From contig CAXXKA010000008.1 in NCBI GenBank assembly GCA_963668625.2, forward strand, positions 96,001 to 160,000: 64,000 nucleotides of DNA, read 5' to 3'. The notes beneath the pieces were generated by a model. The model ran no database searches, had not been told where the DNA came from, and worked only from the letters and a program-made list of their open reading frames with translations. Origin of the DNA: an uncultured candidate division Zixibacteria bacterium. Its GTDB lineage: Bacteria > Zixibacteria > MSB-5A5 > UBA10806 > 4484-95. Both the position numbers and the translations under genes were made by a program. Below are positions 1 through 8,780 of the stretch, in pieces (position 1 is the first letter of the stretch; each line of letters begins with the position of its first letter).

Positions 1-342
1 GGCTTTCTCGAATCGATTCGGGTAAAAATCCGAGGCCAGCATCGAAAGCGAGGCATCCAGCGCGATTACCACCTCGGTACCGGTGGATTTTATCTTGATG
101 AGTTCTGAGCCGTACTGCGGACGAGCCAACGCGAATATCATCAGGGTAATACCAATCACGGTCAATACTTGTTTCAACCGCCGCCTTCTTCCCGATACGC
201 TTCTGGCGGCAATCCTGGCTATTTGCGCTCCGCCCAGTTTGGCCAGGCGCTCTTTTATCATGCTCGAGCCGATTATGAATATCAACACGATAACCGGTAT
301 CGAAAGCAGAAAATAAAGCATGTTCTCATTAAGGAATCTCAT
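1..342 (-). CDS. VWA-domain BatB-like protein, N-terminal part (runs off window start)
   Basis: Not in ORF track. ATG at 342 overlaps the batA-like stop (ATGA); reads MRFLNENMLYFLLS...ALARPQYG...VVIALDASLSMLASDF, typical of a Bat VWA N-terminus. Confidence 0.8.
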   Translation of the reverse strand, partial: MRFLNENMLYFLLSIPVIVLIFIIGSSMIKERLAKLGGAQIARIAARSVSGRRRRLKQVLTVIGITLMIFALARPQYGSELIKIKSTGTEVVIALDASLSMLASDFYPNRFEKA

Positions 343-1331
343 GGCGCGCTCCTTATTACCGTACTACCTAAAACCAGGGCCAGCCCGATCAAGACCAATC
401 CCCAGCTCAAGAAACCGGTATACATCTCCTCGTACCTGTAATATTCCTTGACCTCTATCTTGGTTTGCTCCATTTCGGAAATCTCATCGTAGATCTCCTG
501 CAGAGCCTCGCTGTTGGTCGCCCGGAAAAATCTACCGTTAGTGATCCCGGCCACCTCCTGGAGTGTCTCCTCATCGATTTCCGATTTGACCTTACGATAT
601 TGCTTGCCGAATATCGGGCTGGTGTAGGGATAGTCAACCAGTCCCTGCTTACCCGCGCCGATAGTGTAAACTTTAATCCCCAACGCCGAAATCGCTTTGG
701 CGGCCGTGATCGGATCTATCTGGCCGGCGTTATTTACGCCATCTGTCAGAAGAACGACTATCTTGCTTTCGGCATCCGATTCCTGCAGATGGTTGCCCGC
801 TATCGCCAGCGCCAGGCCTATTGCCGTGCCGTCATCCACCATATTGAAATCTACCTCATCGAGATACTCGATCAGCAGTTGATAATCGGTTGTCAGGGGG
901 CACTGGGTAAACGCCTGACGGGCGAACACGACCAATCCGATTCTGTCACCCTGTCGGCCTTCGATGAAATTACGTATCACGTTTTTGGATACAACCAGGC
1001 GATTATCGGGCTTGAAATCCTCGGACATCATAGAGGTGGATATATCAAGCACCAGCATGATATCGATACCCTCAGTAAATACCTCCTGCTCTCCGTGCCC
1101 GGCCTGCGGTCTGGCGGCCGCGATTATAGTCAAGCACAGGCCGGCGACAGTTAATACCGGCAGCGCACGATAAACCAATATCCTCCAGGTGAGTTTCGAT
1201 TTAGATAGTAACCTGGTATCGGAATAAGCCAGCGTTGAGGGTTTGATAAACTTGAATATGTAGTACATCGCCAGATAACCCAGCGGTATCACCAGAAGAA
1301 ACAACATATATGGTGAGGCGAATCTGCTCAT
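339..1331 (-). CDS. batA: VWA-domain protein, BatA-like
   Basis: MIDAS motif DISTSM, GTAIG and LLTDGVNNAG; N- and C-terminal TM segments; in a MoxR-DUF58 operon. Confidence 0.85.
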   Translation of the reverse strand: MSRFASPYMLFLLVIPLGYLAMYYIFKFIKPSTLAYSDTRLLSKSKLTWRILVYRALPVLTVAGLCLTIIAAARPQAGHGEQEVFTEGIDIMLVLDISTSMMSEDFKPDNRLVVSKNVIRNFIEGRQGDRIGLVVFARQAFTQCPLTTDYQLLIEYLDEVDFNMVDDGTAIGLALAIAGNHLQESDAESKIVVLLTDGVNNAGQIDPITAAKAISALGIKVYTIGAGKQGLVDYPYTSPIFGKQYRKVKSEIDEETLQEVAGITNGRFFRATNSEALQEIYDEISEMEQTKIEVKEYYRYEEMYTGFLSWGLVLIGLALVLGSTVIRSAP

Positions 1332-2590
1332 GCGCTCACCTCCTGATTTTTCTCCTCCTCGACTATCTCTCGAGGTTTAGTTTCGACTACGAAATCCTTG
1401 ACCATGCTGAAATCTTTCGGCAAATCATCGGTGTTCGGCTCATGCTTGGCGAACTTTATCATATCAGCCCGGGCTAACATATCGAGAATAACTCGGGTTT
1501 GTTCGCGGGTTATCTCGGGATGTTTCAATATCTTCTTGAGTTCGAATGTAGTCGACTCGGCCGCCGGTATTTCGAACCGGCCATCTATGTATTGACGGAT
1601 GATCTCGGTTAGTTCTATATAGAACTGCTTGAATTTACCCTTACCGGGCAGGTCACGGGAGTCCAGGTCGTTCAAGCGACGGATTGCCACATCGAAAGGC
1701 GGTTCCGGTGGTGTTTCGGGTATCTCGGTTTGCTTTACCCTGTACTTGAAGAAATACCAGTAAGCCGCTGCCAGTAATATCAATACGCCCGCGCTAACCG
1801 CGTATGGCCACCAGATTAACGGTAAGCCTTTCGGCGGTACGATATCGCGGTGATCGAGTGGTTGTTGAAGGGTATCCTGTTGGGCTTTTTCGGGAAGCAC
1901 TGAGACTATCTGGACTGTCTCTATCGGGGCTATTCGCGAGTTCTGATTGCCCTCTTTATCATAATAATAGAACTCGAAATACGGCAGTTCCACCTCGCCT
2001 ATCGTGAAAGCCGCTACCCTGTATTTGTAGATATCGGTTTTCATCCCCCGGCTATCTTTCGATTTTATTTCCGGCTCGCCTTTAACCACGATATCATCGC
2101 TTTCCCTGGTCGAGGGTTTTGTCAGCTCCAGGCTGTCAGGGTAGGTCACGCTGATTGTCACCTCGATATCATCGCCGATTGTGGCGGTATCGGGCTTGAC
2201 CTTAACATCGAACTTGATCGGATCGATCAACTCGATATCGGTAGAGTCAGTCTGCGCCATGGCGGGCAGGCAAAGCACCAGAACCATCAGTAACGTAAAT
2301 AATCCTCTGGCTCCTATCAAACTAACATCATTGCGAGCGACCAAAGGGAACGCAGCGCTCCTGGTTCCAAAAATCCGATTTTGGAATCCCCGTACTTGAG
2401 GAACTTTGTTTCGCCACAGCAATCGTACCATATAGAACAATCCACCCCATAAATCGAAACAGAGTTTCTCCAACACCTGCGTTCCCAAACTCAGTTTGGG
2501 AACGAGATAGCCTATCCCCCCGCTGTCATTGCGAGCGACCGTAGGACGCGTGGCAATCTGAATCTTGGAATTACTGGTACTGCTAATCAT
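1328..2590 (-). CDS. Bat-operon membrane-anchored protein (BatD/DUF4381-like); first ~90 aa are REP-derived, true start uncertain
   Basis: Signal-like segment LLMVLVLCLPAMAQ, one TM helix, C-terminal 'FYIELTEIIRQYI...ESTTFE...ADMIKFAK' typical of this operon position. Confidence 0.7.
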   Translation of the reverse strand: MISSTSNSKIQIATRPTVARNDSGGIGYLVPKLSLGTQVLEKLCFDLWGGLFYMVRLLWRNKVPQVRGFQNRIFGTRSAAFPLVARNDVSLIGARGLFTLLMVLVLCLPAMAQTDSTDIELIDPIKFDVKVKPDTATIGDDIEVTISVTYPDSLELTKPSTRESDDIVVKGEPEIKSKDSRGMKTDIYKYRVAAFTIGEVELPYFEFYYYDKEGNQNSRIAPIETVQIVSVLPEKAQQDTLQQPLDHRDIVPPKGLPLIWWPYAVSAGVLILLAAAYWYFFKYRVKQTEIPETPPEPPFDVAIRRLNDLDSRDLPGKGKFKQFYIELTEIIRQYIDGRFEIPAAESTTFELKKILKHPEITREQTRVILDMLARADMIKFAKHEPNTDDLPKDFSMVKDFVVETKPREIVEEEKNQEVSA

Positions 2591-2692
2591 GTTAACCTCC
2601 GCAGCCGGGTAGAAATCCAGATTACTTCAATCGCTTCGCTCATTCGTAATGACACAATTCCACCGATTCCCAAACTCGAGTTGGGAACCAGA
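2328..2692. repeat. Cluster of nested REP/REPIN palindromes (GTCATTGCGAG...GGCAATCT type and CTCGTTCCCAAACTCAGTTTGGGAAC type)
   Basis: TGTCATTGCGAGCGACCGTAGGACGCGTGGCAATCT (~2524) faces AGATTACTTC...TTCGTAATGACA (~2619-2654); palindrome GTTCCCAAACTCAGTTTGGGAAC at 2481-2503 with variants at ~2363 and ~2667. Confidence 0.75.
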
Positions 2693-2725
2693 TTAGATAT
2701 CTTAAGCCTCATCATATTCATCATC

Positions 2726-3607
2726 TTAATGTCTTGTCCGTTTGGCTCGTCTCTCGAAAAACCGGTACAGCGGTTCGGTGTAATCGCTGTCGGTGCTTAT
2801 CTCAATCGTATCTATTTTATTGCGACGGAAAAACGTTTTCCGCTCGCCTTTGATTTTCTCGGACTGTACGGCTAAATTGCGGCGGGTATCGGCATCGGAG
2901 AAATCCACCAGCATCTCCTTGCCGCTCTCCAGGTCAACCAGGTTGATTACGCCCGTTTTCGGCAGGCGTCGCTCGAGCTGATCGTAAATATCAACCGCTA
3001 TCAGATCGTGCCGTTTAGCCGCTAAACTCAACGAGCGCTGATAATCGCCATCGAGGAAATCAGAGATCAGGAACATCACCGAGCGTTTCTTTATCACCCT
3101 TAGAAGGTAATCCATCGTGCCGGCGATATCGGTTTTCTTACCCTCGGGTTTGAAATACAGCACCTCGCGTATCAGCCTGAGTACGTGATTCCGTCCCTTT
3201 TTCGGCGGGATGAATTTCTCGGTCTTATCGGTGAAAAGTATCAACCCGACCTTATCGTTGTTTTTGGTGGCCGAAAATGCCAGCACGGCGGCTATCTCGG
3301 CGGCTATCTCGCGGCGCATCCGATCACCCGAGCCGAAATCTCCCGAGGCCGAGAGATCGACCGCCAGCATGACAGTTAGCTCGCGCTCCTCGCGGAAGAT
3401 TTTAACATAGGGATGGTTATACCGGGCGGTCACGTTCCAGTCGATAGTCCGGATATCATCCCCCGGCATATATTCCCGTACTTCGGAGAACTCCATACCC
3501 CGGCCGCGAAATATCGAATGATATTCGCCCGAGAAAACATCGTTAACCAGGCGCGAGGTTTTTATCTCTATACGCCTGATTTTCTTGAATAGCTCTTTAG
3601 TCAACAT
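2726..3607 (-). CDS. DUF58 domain protein
   Basis: GRGMEFSEVREYMPGDDIRTIDWNVTAR signature; follows MoxR. Confidence 0.92.
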   Translation of the reverse strand: MLTKELFKKIRRIEIKTSRLVNDVFSGEYHSIFRGRGMEFSEVREYMPGDDIRTIDWNVTARYNHPYVKIFREERELTVMLAVDLSASGDFGSGDRMRREIAAEIAAVLAFSATKNNDKVGLILFTDKTEKFIPPKKGRNHVLRLIREVLYFKPEGKKTDIAGTMDYLLRVIKKRSVMFLISDFLDGDYQRSLSLAAKRHDLIAVDIYDQLERRLPKTGVINLVDLESGKEMLVDFSDADTRRNLAVQSEKIKGERKTFFRRNKIDTIEISTDSDYTEPLYRFFERRAKRTRH

Positions 3608-3609
3608 GG

Positions 3610-4590
3610 TTACGGTACTTCGACACCATCAAATATTTTCTGTACGATATCCTCGGATGTCAGCTCCTCAGCCTCCGCCTCGTAGCTCAGTATTACCCTG
3701 TGACGGAGAACATCGGGGCCGATTGACTTGATATCATCGGGGGTGACAAAAGCGCGCCCCTGCAAGAAAGCGTGTGCCCGTCCCGCCATATTAAGGTAGA
3801 TAGTGGCACGAGGGCTGGCTCCGTAAGCGATAAGATCCTTAATATCGAGATTATATTTATCCGGCTCGCGGGAGGCCATTACTATATCGACGATGTAATT
3901 TTTCACTTTCTCATCTATATAGATTTTGTACACCGCCTCGCGGGCTTTTAAAATCTCCTCGGGTGTGATAACCGGCGTAACCGTCGGTATATCCTTAACT
4001 GTCATCCGCTCCTGGATGGCGTACTCCTCATCCCGACCGGGGTAACCGACTTTGAGCTTGAGCATGAAACGATCCACCTGCGCCTCGGGCAGCGGGTAAG
4101 TGCCCTCTTGCTCGATCGGGTTCTGCGTTGCCAGCACCAGAAACGGGTTGGGCAGTGGATATGTCTGCTCGCCGATTGTCACCTGCCGTTCCTGCATCGA
4201 CTCTAACAAGGCCGACTGCACTTTGGCGGGCGCGCGGTTTATCTCATCCGCGAGGATGAAATTGGCGAAAATCGGGCCTTTACGCGGCGTGAATTTGCCC
4301 TCGGAGAAGACCATGGTACCGGTTAAATCGCCCGGCAGAAGGTCGGGGGTAAACTGTATACGTTTGAACTCGGTCTTGACAGCATCCGATAACGTGCGGA
4401 CTGCCAGTGTCTTAGCCAGACCGGGAACGCCCTCGATCAGGATGTGGCCATCGGCTAGAAGCCCGATTAGCAGGCGTTCGATAAGGTAGCTCTGGCCGAC
4501 AATGACTTTCCCGATCTCATCGGTTAAGCGACCGACAAAGGCGGCCTGTTTGTCGATTAGCTGTTGAATTTCCTCTATCTGTGGGTCCAT
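3610..4590 (-). CDS. MoxR-family AAA+ ATPase
   Basis: Walker A GVPGLAKT, RIQFTPDLLP, Walker B LADEINR, ATQNPIEQEGTYPLPEAQ. Confidence 0.95.
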   Translation of the reverse strand: MDPQIEEIQQLIDKQAAFVGRLTDEIGKVIVGQSYLIERLLIGLLADGHILIEGVPGLAKTLAVRTLSDAVKTEFKRIQFTPDLLPGDLTGTMVFSEGKFTPRKGPIFANFILADEINRAPAKVQSALLESMQERQVTIGEQTYPLPNPFLVLATQNPIEQEGTYPLPEAQVDRFMLKLKVGYPGRDEEYAIQERMTVKDIPTVTPVITPEEILKAREAVYKIYIDEKVKNYIVDIVMASREPDKYNLDIKDLIAYGASPRATIYLNMAGRAHAFLQGRAFVTPDDIKSIGPDVLRHRVILSYEAEAEELTSEDIVQKIFDGVEVP

Positions 4591-4897
4591 TGCACCTCCG
4601 TGTTTATCATCTTAGGCAGTTTTTTACGCCCCGGGCGAATTTTTGTGCCCGGCGGCGTAATAATGCCATCCGGGAACGAGTTTTAAAGCCGGTTGCTCAT
4701 TTTATTGGAATTTTTACCCAAAAACCCGCCCATGAGTTCCAATACAGGGATGTTAAAATATGTTAAATGGGGGAAGGTGTCAAGGGGGGAGAACGCGGGA
4801 AGTAAATTGCTAGTATCTAAAATGATGTTACCCCCTCAATATTAAATCAACTACCGAAAATCAATGTCCCCGCAAAATAGGGAGATAGAGGGGCTGC

Positions 4898-5085
4898 GGT
4901 AACCCACCAGTAGGGTGGGTAGTCCCGCATGGTTGATGGCTAATGATGTAAACGCACAAAGGTTATAATACTTGACATCAAGGAATAAATATTCTATATA
5001 GAATTTAATATTGTGGCTAGATATGGTGATAAAGGATAAACACGGGTGGTAATTCTTTACCTTCCCACCCTACTGGTGGGTTACC
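4898..5085. repeat. REPIN: two inverted copies of the GTAG-type REP GGTAACCCACCAGTAGGGTGGGT
   Basis: Forward copy 4898-4921 and reverse copy 5064-5085; same REP flanks both RAYT genes. Confidence 0.85.
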
Positions 5086-5122
5086 CGTTGACTGATTTGA
5101 AAATTCTTACTAATAATAAGTT

Positions 5123-5863
5123 ATGTTTAACGCATTTTTAAAAGAGAGCTTTAAATATATTTCATCCATCGTATTAATTGGGGCAATTACTATCTGTTTT
5201 TACGGGTATGCATCGATACACGCATACTTAAAGCAAGTCTCAGTAGCAAGTAATATGGTAGAATTCGACTATATGTACTACTATGTGAATTCAGTTTATT
5301 ATTTAGCCTGTTTAATTCTAATGATGATTTTTTACTCAATCAGATATATAAAGATAGCAAATCATGTTGCAGCAGGAGTTGTAAAAGTATTATCAATACT
5401 AATTACTTACTTTATCCCTGTTGGTTTTTGGTTACTATTCATTAGAGAATTTATTGAATGGGAATGTTTTTGGAGATTATTCTGCTTAGGTTGTATTGTG
5501 ATTATTACTATTATTGATATTTTTCTTAGTGATAAAATTCCTTATCCGGAAATGAATAAGGCAATTGCAAGAATAGTTATATTTATGATTATTATTGGAA
5601 CAGTAGCCAGGATTCATGGAATTGCACGAGGAAATGAAGTGTTAAGAGGGGGAAGTGACATTAATCGGATAAGTTTTAATTTAAAAGAGGATAATACGGA
5701 AATCGATGAAAATAAAGTATTCTTATTAATTACTTATAACAAGGGAAGGTATTTCTTCATTGATGAAAACGGTGAAGAAATAGAAGAGCGCAAATTATAT
5801 GTGCTATCGGAAGATGAAATATTTAATGCAAAAATCACAAAAGGAAAAGCAAATAGTAAATAG
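5123..5863 (+). CDS. AT-rich hypothetical multi-pass membrane protein
   Basis: 246-aa ORF with about 5 hydrophobic segments; visibly AT-rich; lies between REP copies. Confidence 0.7.
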   Translation: MFNAFLKESFKYISSIVLIGAITICFYGYASIHAYLKQVSVASNMVEFDYMYYYVNSVYYLACLILMMIFYSIRYIKIANHVAAGVVKVLSILITYFIPVGFWLLFIREFIEWECFWRLFCLGCIVIITIIDIFLSDKIPYPEMNKAIARIVIFMIIIGTVARIHGIARGNEVLRGGSDINRISFNLKEDNTEIDENKVFLLITYNKGRYFFIDENGEEIEERKLYVLSEDEIFNAKITKGKANSK

Positions 5864-5875
5864 ACTTGAAAAACA

Positions 5876-6536
5876 GGTAACCCACCAGTAGGGTGGGTAA
5901 GCCCGATTTTACCTGACAATAAAATATCAGGCAGTGACATAGAAAAACCTGAAAGCATTATGAAATTAAAGCACTATGATAATCTAAACCAAGCGAGGTT
6001 TATAACTTTCTGCACCCATCAAAGTATGCCGCTTATTACGAATAACAAATACCGGCAGATTGTAATTGATTCTATAAAAGCAGCCAAGAACAAGCTCCAT
6101 TTCAAACTCATAGGCTATGTACTGATGCCGGAACATGTTCATCTGGTAATCCTGCCCGATCAAGGCACCAGAGCCGGGGCGATCATCGGCGAGATCAAAC
6201 AGGTATCATCAAAAAAGATTCACGAAATACTGGATACATCCAAATCGCCGCTTCTTGAAAAGCTGACAGTGCGAAGAAATCATCTGATGCGATTTACATT
6301 CTGGCAACGGCGATGCTATGATCATAACTGCCGGGATGAGGAATCTATGTGGGAGAAAGTGAACTATTGCCATAATAACCCCGTTAAACGGGGGCTGGTA
6401 AAATCGCCTTTGGATTGGCGCTGGAGCAGTTATCGTTATTACAATGGCTATGATGACTATATGCTGGAAATGGATAATATTGGATAAGACAGCAGACTGC
6501 TAATTCTTTGCCCACCCACCCTACTGGTGGGCTACC
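5876..6536 (+). mobile_element. REPtron copy 1 (RAYT flanked by inverted REPs)
   Basis: REP at 5876-5899 and inverted REP at 6514-6536 bracket the transposase. Confidence 0.8.
5960..6487 (+). CDS. REP-associated tyrosine transposase (RAYT, Y1 HUH family)
   Basis: FITFCT, HUH motif MPEHVH, FWQRRCYDH, catalytic-Tyr region YCHNNPVKRGLV, WRWSS. Confidence 0.93.
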   Translation: MKLKHYDNLNQARFITFCTHQSMPLITNNKYRQIVIDSIKAAKNKLHFKLIGYVLMPEHVHLVILPDQGTRAGAIIGEIKQVSSKKIHEILDTSKSPLLEKLTVRRNHLMRFTFWQRRCYDHNCRDEESMWEKVNYCHNNPVKRGLVKSPLDWRWSSYRYYNGYDDYMLEMDNIG

Positions 6537-6570
6537 GCTTGAATCATAAGCGCTTTGCTATAAAAACAAA

Positions 6571-6596
6571 AAAGCCCCCGCGAATACGGAGGCTTT
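6571..6596. terminator. Intrinsic terminator-like hairpin (repeated at 7318-7343)
   Basis: AAAGCCCCCG-CGAATA-CGGAGGCTTT preceded by an A-run; the second copy follows the minus-strand cupin gene. Confidence 0.6.
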
Positions 6597-6622
6597 CAGG
6601 ATTATCTCATATTCTCTAAACA

Positions 6623-7283
6623 GGTAACCCACCAGTAGGGTGGGTAAGCCCGATTTTACCTGACAATAAAATATCAGGCAGTGACATAGAAAAACCTGAA
6701 AGCATTATGAAATTAAAGCACTATGATAATCTAAACCAAGCGAGGTTTATAACTTTCTGCACCCATCAAAGTATGCCGCTTATTACGAATAACAAATACC
6801 GGCAGATTGTAATTGATTCTATAAAAGCAGCCAAGAACAAGCTCCATTTCAAACTCATAGGCTATGTACTGATGCCAGAACATGTTCATCTGTTAATTCT
6901 ACCCGATCAAGGCACCAGAGCCGGGGCGATCATCGGCGAGATCAAACAGGTATCATCAAGACAGATTCATGAGATACTGGATGCAGCTAAATCACCGCTT
7001 CTTGGAAAGCTGACAGTGCGAAGAAATCATCTGATGCGATTTACATTCTGGCAACGGCGATGCTATGATCATAACTGCCGGGATGAGGAATCTATGTGGG
7101 AGAAAGTGAACTATTGCCATAATAACCCTGTTAAACGGGGGCTGGTAAAATCGCCTTTGGATTGGCGCTGGAGCAGTTATCGTTATTACAATGGCTATGA
7201 TGACTATATGCTGGAAATGGATAATATTGGATAAGACAGCAGGCTGCTAATCCTTTGCCTACCCACCCTACTGGTGGGTTACC
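6623..7283 (+). mobile_element. REPtron copy 2 (tandem duplicate, 747-bp period)
   Basis: REP at 6623-6646 and inverted REP at ~7261-7283. Confidence 0.8.
6707..7234 (+). CDS. REP-associated tyrosine transposase (RAYT), second copy
   Basis: Same motifs as 5960-6487; 6 amino-acid differences. Confidence 0.93.
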   Translation: MKLKHYDNLNQARFITFCTHQSMPLITNNKYRQIVIDSIKAAKNKLHFKLIGYVLMPEHVHLLILPDQGTRAGAIIGEIKQVSSRQIHEILDAAKSPLLGKLTVRRNHLMRFTFWQRRCYDHNCRDEESMWEKVNYCHNNPVKRGLVKSPLDWRWSSYRYYNGYDDYMLEMDNIG

Positions 7284-7362
7284 GCTTGAATCATAAGCGC
7301 TTTGCTATAAATACAAAAAAACCCCCGCGAATACGGAGGCTTTCAGGATTATCTCATAATCT

Positions 7363-7767
7363 CTAAGCGAGGGCCGCTGCTTTATCGCCTATATGATCGT
7401 ATACCTCTTTCAGTTCATCTTTCGGGCTGAATTCAACGAAAGCGGTGTCCTCATCCACCCAGACAGTGTGACCGGACGGCCAGTAAAATGTCTCACCGAC
7501 TTTGCATACCTCCTCCTTACCGTCAGTGTAGCGCACGTGAATAGCGCCCTTGAGCATATAACCCCAGTGCGGACACTGACATTTATCATCGGTAAGCCCC
7601 TCCAAAAGCGGGGTCGCATCCGCACCCGCTTGCAGCTCGACATACGCCACCGACATCTTATCCCAATCAGTGACACGAAATTTCGCCACCGGTAACTCCA
7701 GAGCGATAGGCATGTCTTCTTTGCGTAGCTTCATAGCAATATCTCCTTTAATGAGATGTCCCGACAA
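7363..7767 (-). CDS. Cupin-domain protein
   Basis: CQCPHWGY...G.I.V.Y.DG.EE....GE.FYWPSGH cupin pattern; likely start at MKLRKED (AAGGAG upstream). Confidence 0.8.
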   Translation of the reverse strand: MSGHLIKGDIAMKLRKEDMPIALELPVAKFRVTDWDKMSVAYVELQAGADATPLLEGLTDDKCQCPHWGYMLKGAIHVRYTDGKEEVCKVGETFYWPSGHTVWVDEDTAFVEFSPKDELKEVYDHIGDKAAALA

Positions 7768-8068
7768 TATGGCAACACCCCGGTTTGAGTTATCTTAGTA
7801 TATCGTAGGATACCTGAGGGGTAACCGGGGGATATTGATATCGGTTCCCAATTTCATAATCTAATCAGGATTATATATTTTCTATAAATAGGGTCGATAA
7901 AAGTCTTTTTCGTTGTGCTTATTACGAGGTTGATATTATTCCACGTTCGGTTGACTCTCAGGATTGGGAAATCTCCCGTGGGTGTGTCGGGGATATAGTC
8001 TGTTTAGCCCCCATACCCTTCCGATCCTGAAAGAATCGGAGCAATCAAGCGGCATTCTTAATCAGCTA

Positions 8069-8719
8069 CTACAATCGCATCTTCTCGATATCCTCCTGCT
8101 TGCCCAGTACCACCAGGATATCCGCTGTGTTTATCTCATACTGCGCTTGAGGGATGAAATTGAACTTGCCCGTATCACTATTTTTAATCGCGATGACATC
8201 AATGTGAAATTTTTGTCTGAGTTTCAGTTTCATGATCGATTTACCGATGAATTTTTCCGGCGTGATAACCTCGGCAATCGAGTACTCATCACTTAAGGGC
8301 AGGAAATCCACGACATTCGGGCGGGCTATGGTGTGAGCCAGCTTTACCGCCATCTCTTCCTCGGGGATAACCGACTCATCCGCGCCGACTTTCTTGAGTA
8401 TGCGGGAATGGTCGTGCGAGTTGGCCTTGACTATTATCCGTTTGGCATTTAGCTCTTTCAAATACAGGGTCACCAGTATCGAGGCATGCGAATCCTCACC
8501 GGTCGAGACTACGAAACAATCGAAATTTTCCACATGCAGATTTTCCAGGAAATTATGATCGGTGGCATTGCCCAAAATCGCCAGTTCGACATAATCCTGA
8601 GCCTCCTGGACTTTCGTTTTATCTATATCGACAGCGGTGACCTTACCGCCTTTTTCGGTCAACTGCCGGGCAACGGTCGAACCGAAATTTCCCAGACCGA
8701 TCACACAGAATGAACTCAT
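8069..8719 (-). CDS. ktrA: Ktr/Trk potassium uptake RCK subunit (KtrA/TrkA)
   Basis: Rossmann VIGLGNFG; TrkA-N plus TrkA-C organisation; next to membrane subunit. Confidence 0.9.
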   Translation of the reverse strand: MSSFCVIGLGNFGSTVARQLTEKGGKVTAVDIDKTKVQEAQDYVELAILGNATDHNFLENLHVENFDCFVVSTGEDSHASILVTLYLKELNAKRIIVKANSHDHSRILKKVGADESVIPEEEMAVKLAHTIARPNVVDFLPLSDEYSIAEVITPEKFIGKSIMKLKLRQKFHIDVIAIKNSDTGKFNFIPQAQYEINTADILVVLGKQEDIEKMRL

Positions 8720-8780
8720 TATCTAACCTTCTTTACCAAAAACAAATACTATCACACCCGAATATATTATCGGTTCTCCT

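Noticed and set aside
465-1154. Long antisense ORFs (e.g. 465-1154, 45762-46328, 47373-48301)
   Set aside because: They overlap well-supported genes on the opposite strand and show no motifs.
4898-7283. Repeated 24-bp sequence as a possible CRISPR array
   Set aside because: Copies alternate in orientation with irregular spacing and flank a RAYT; no cas genes in the window.
7940-8065. GC-rich intergenic stretch resembling an HDV-like ribozyme or other ncRNA
   Set aside because: Could not build a consistent P1 helix; only local hairpins are supported.
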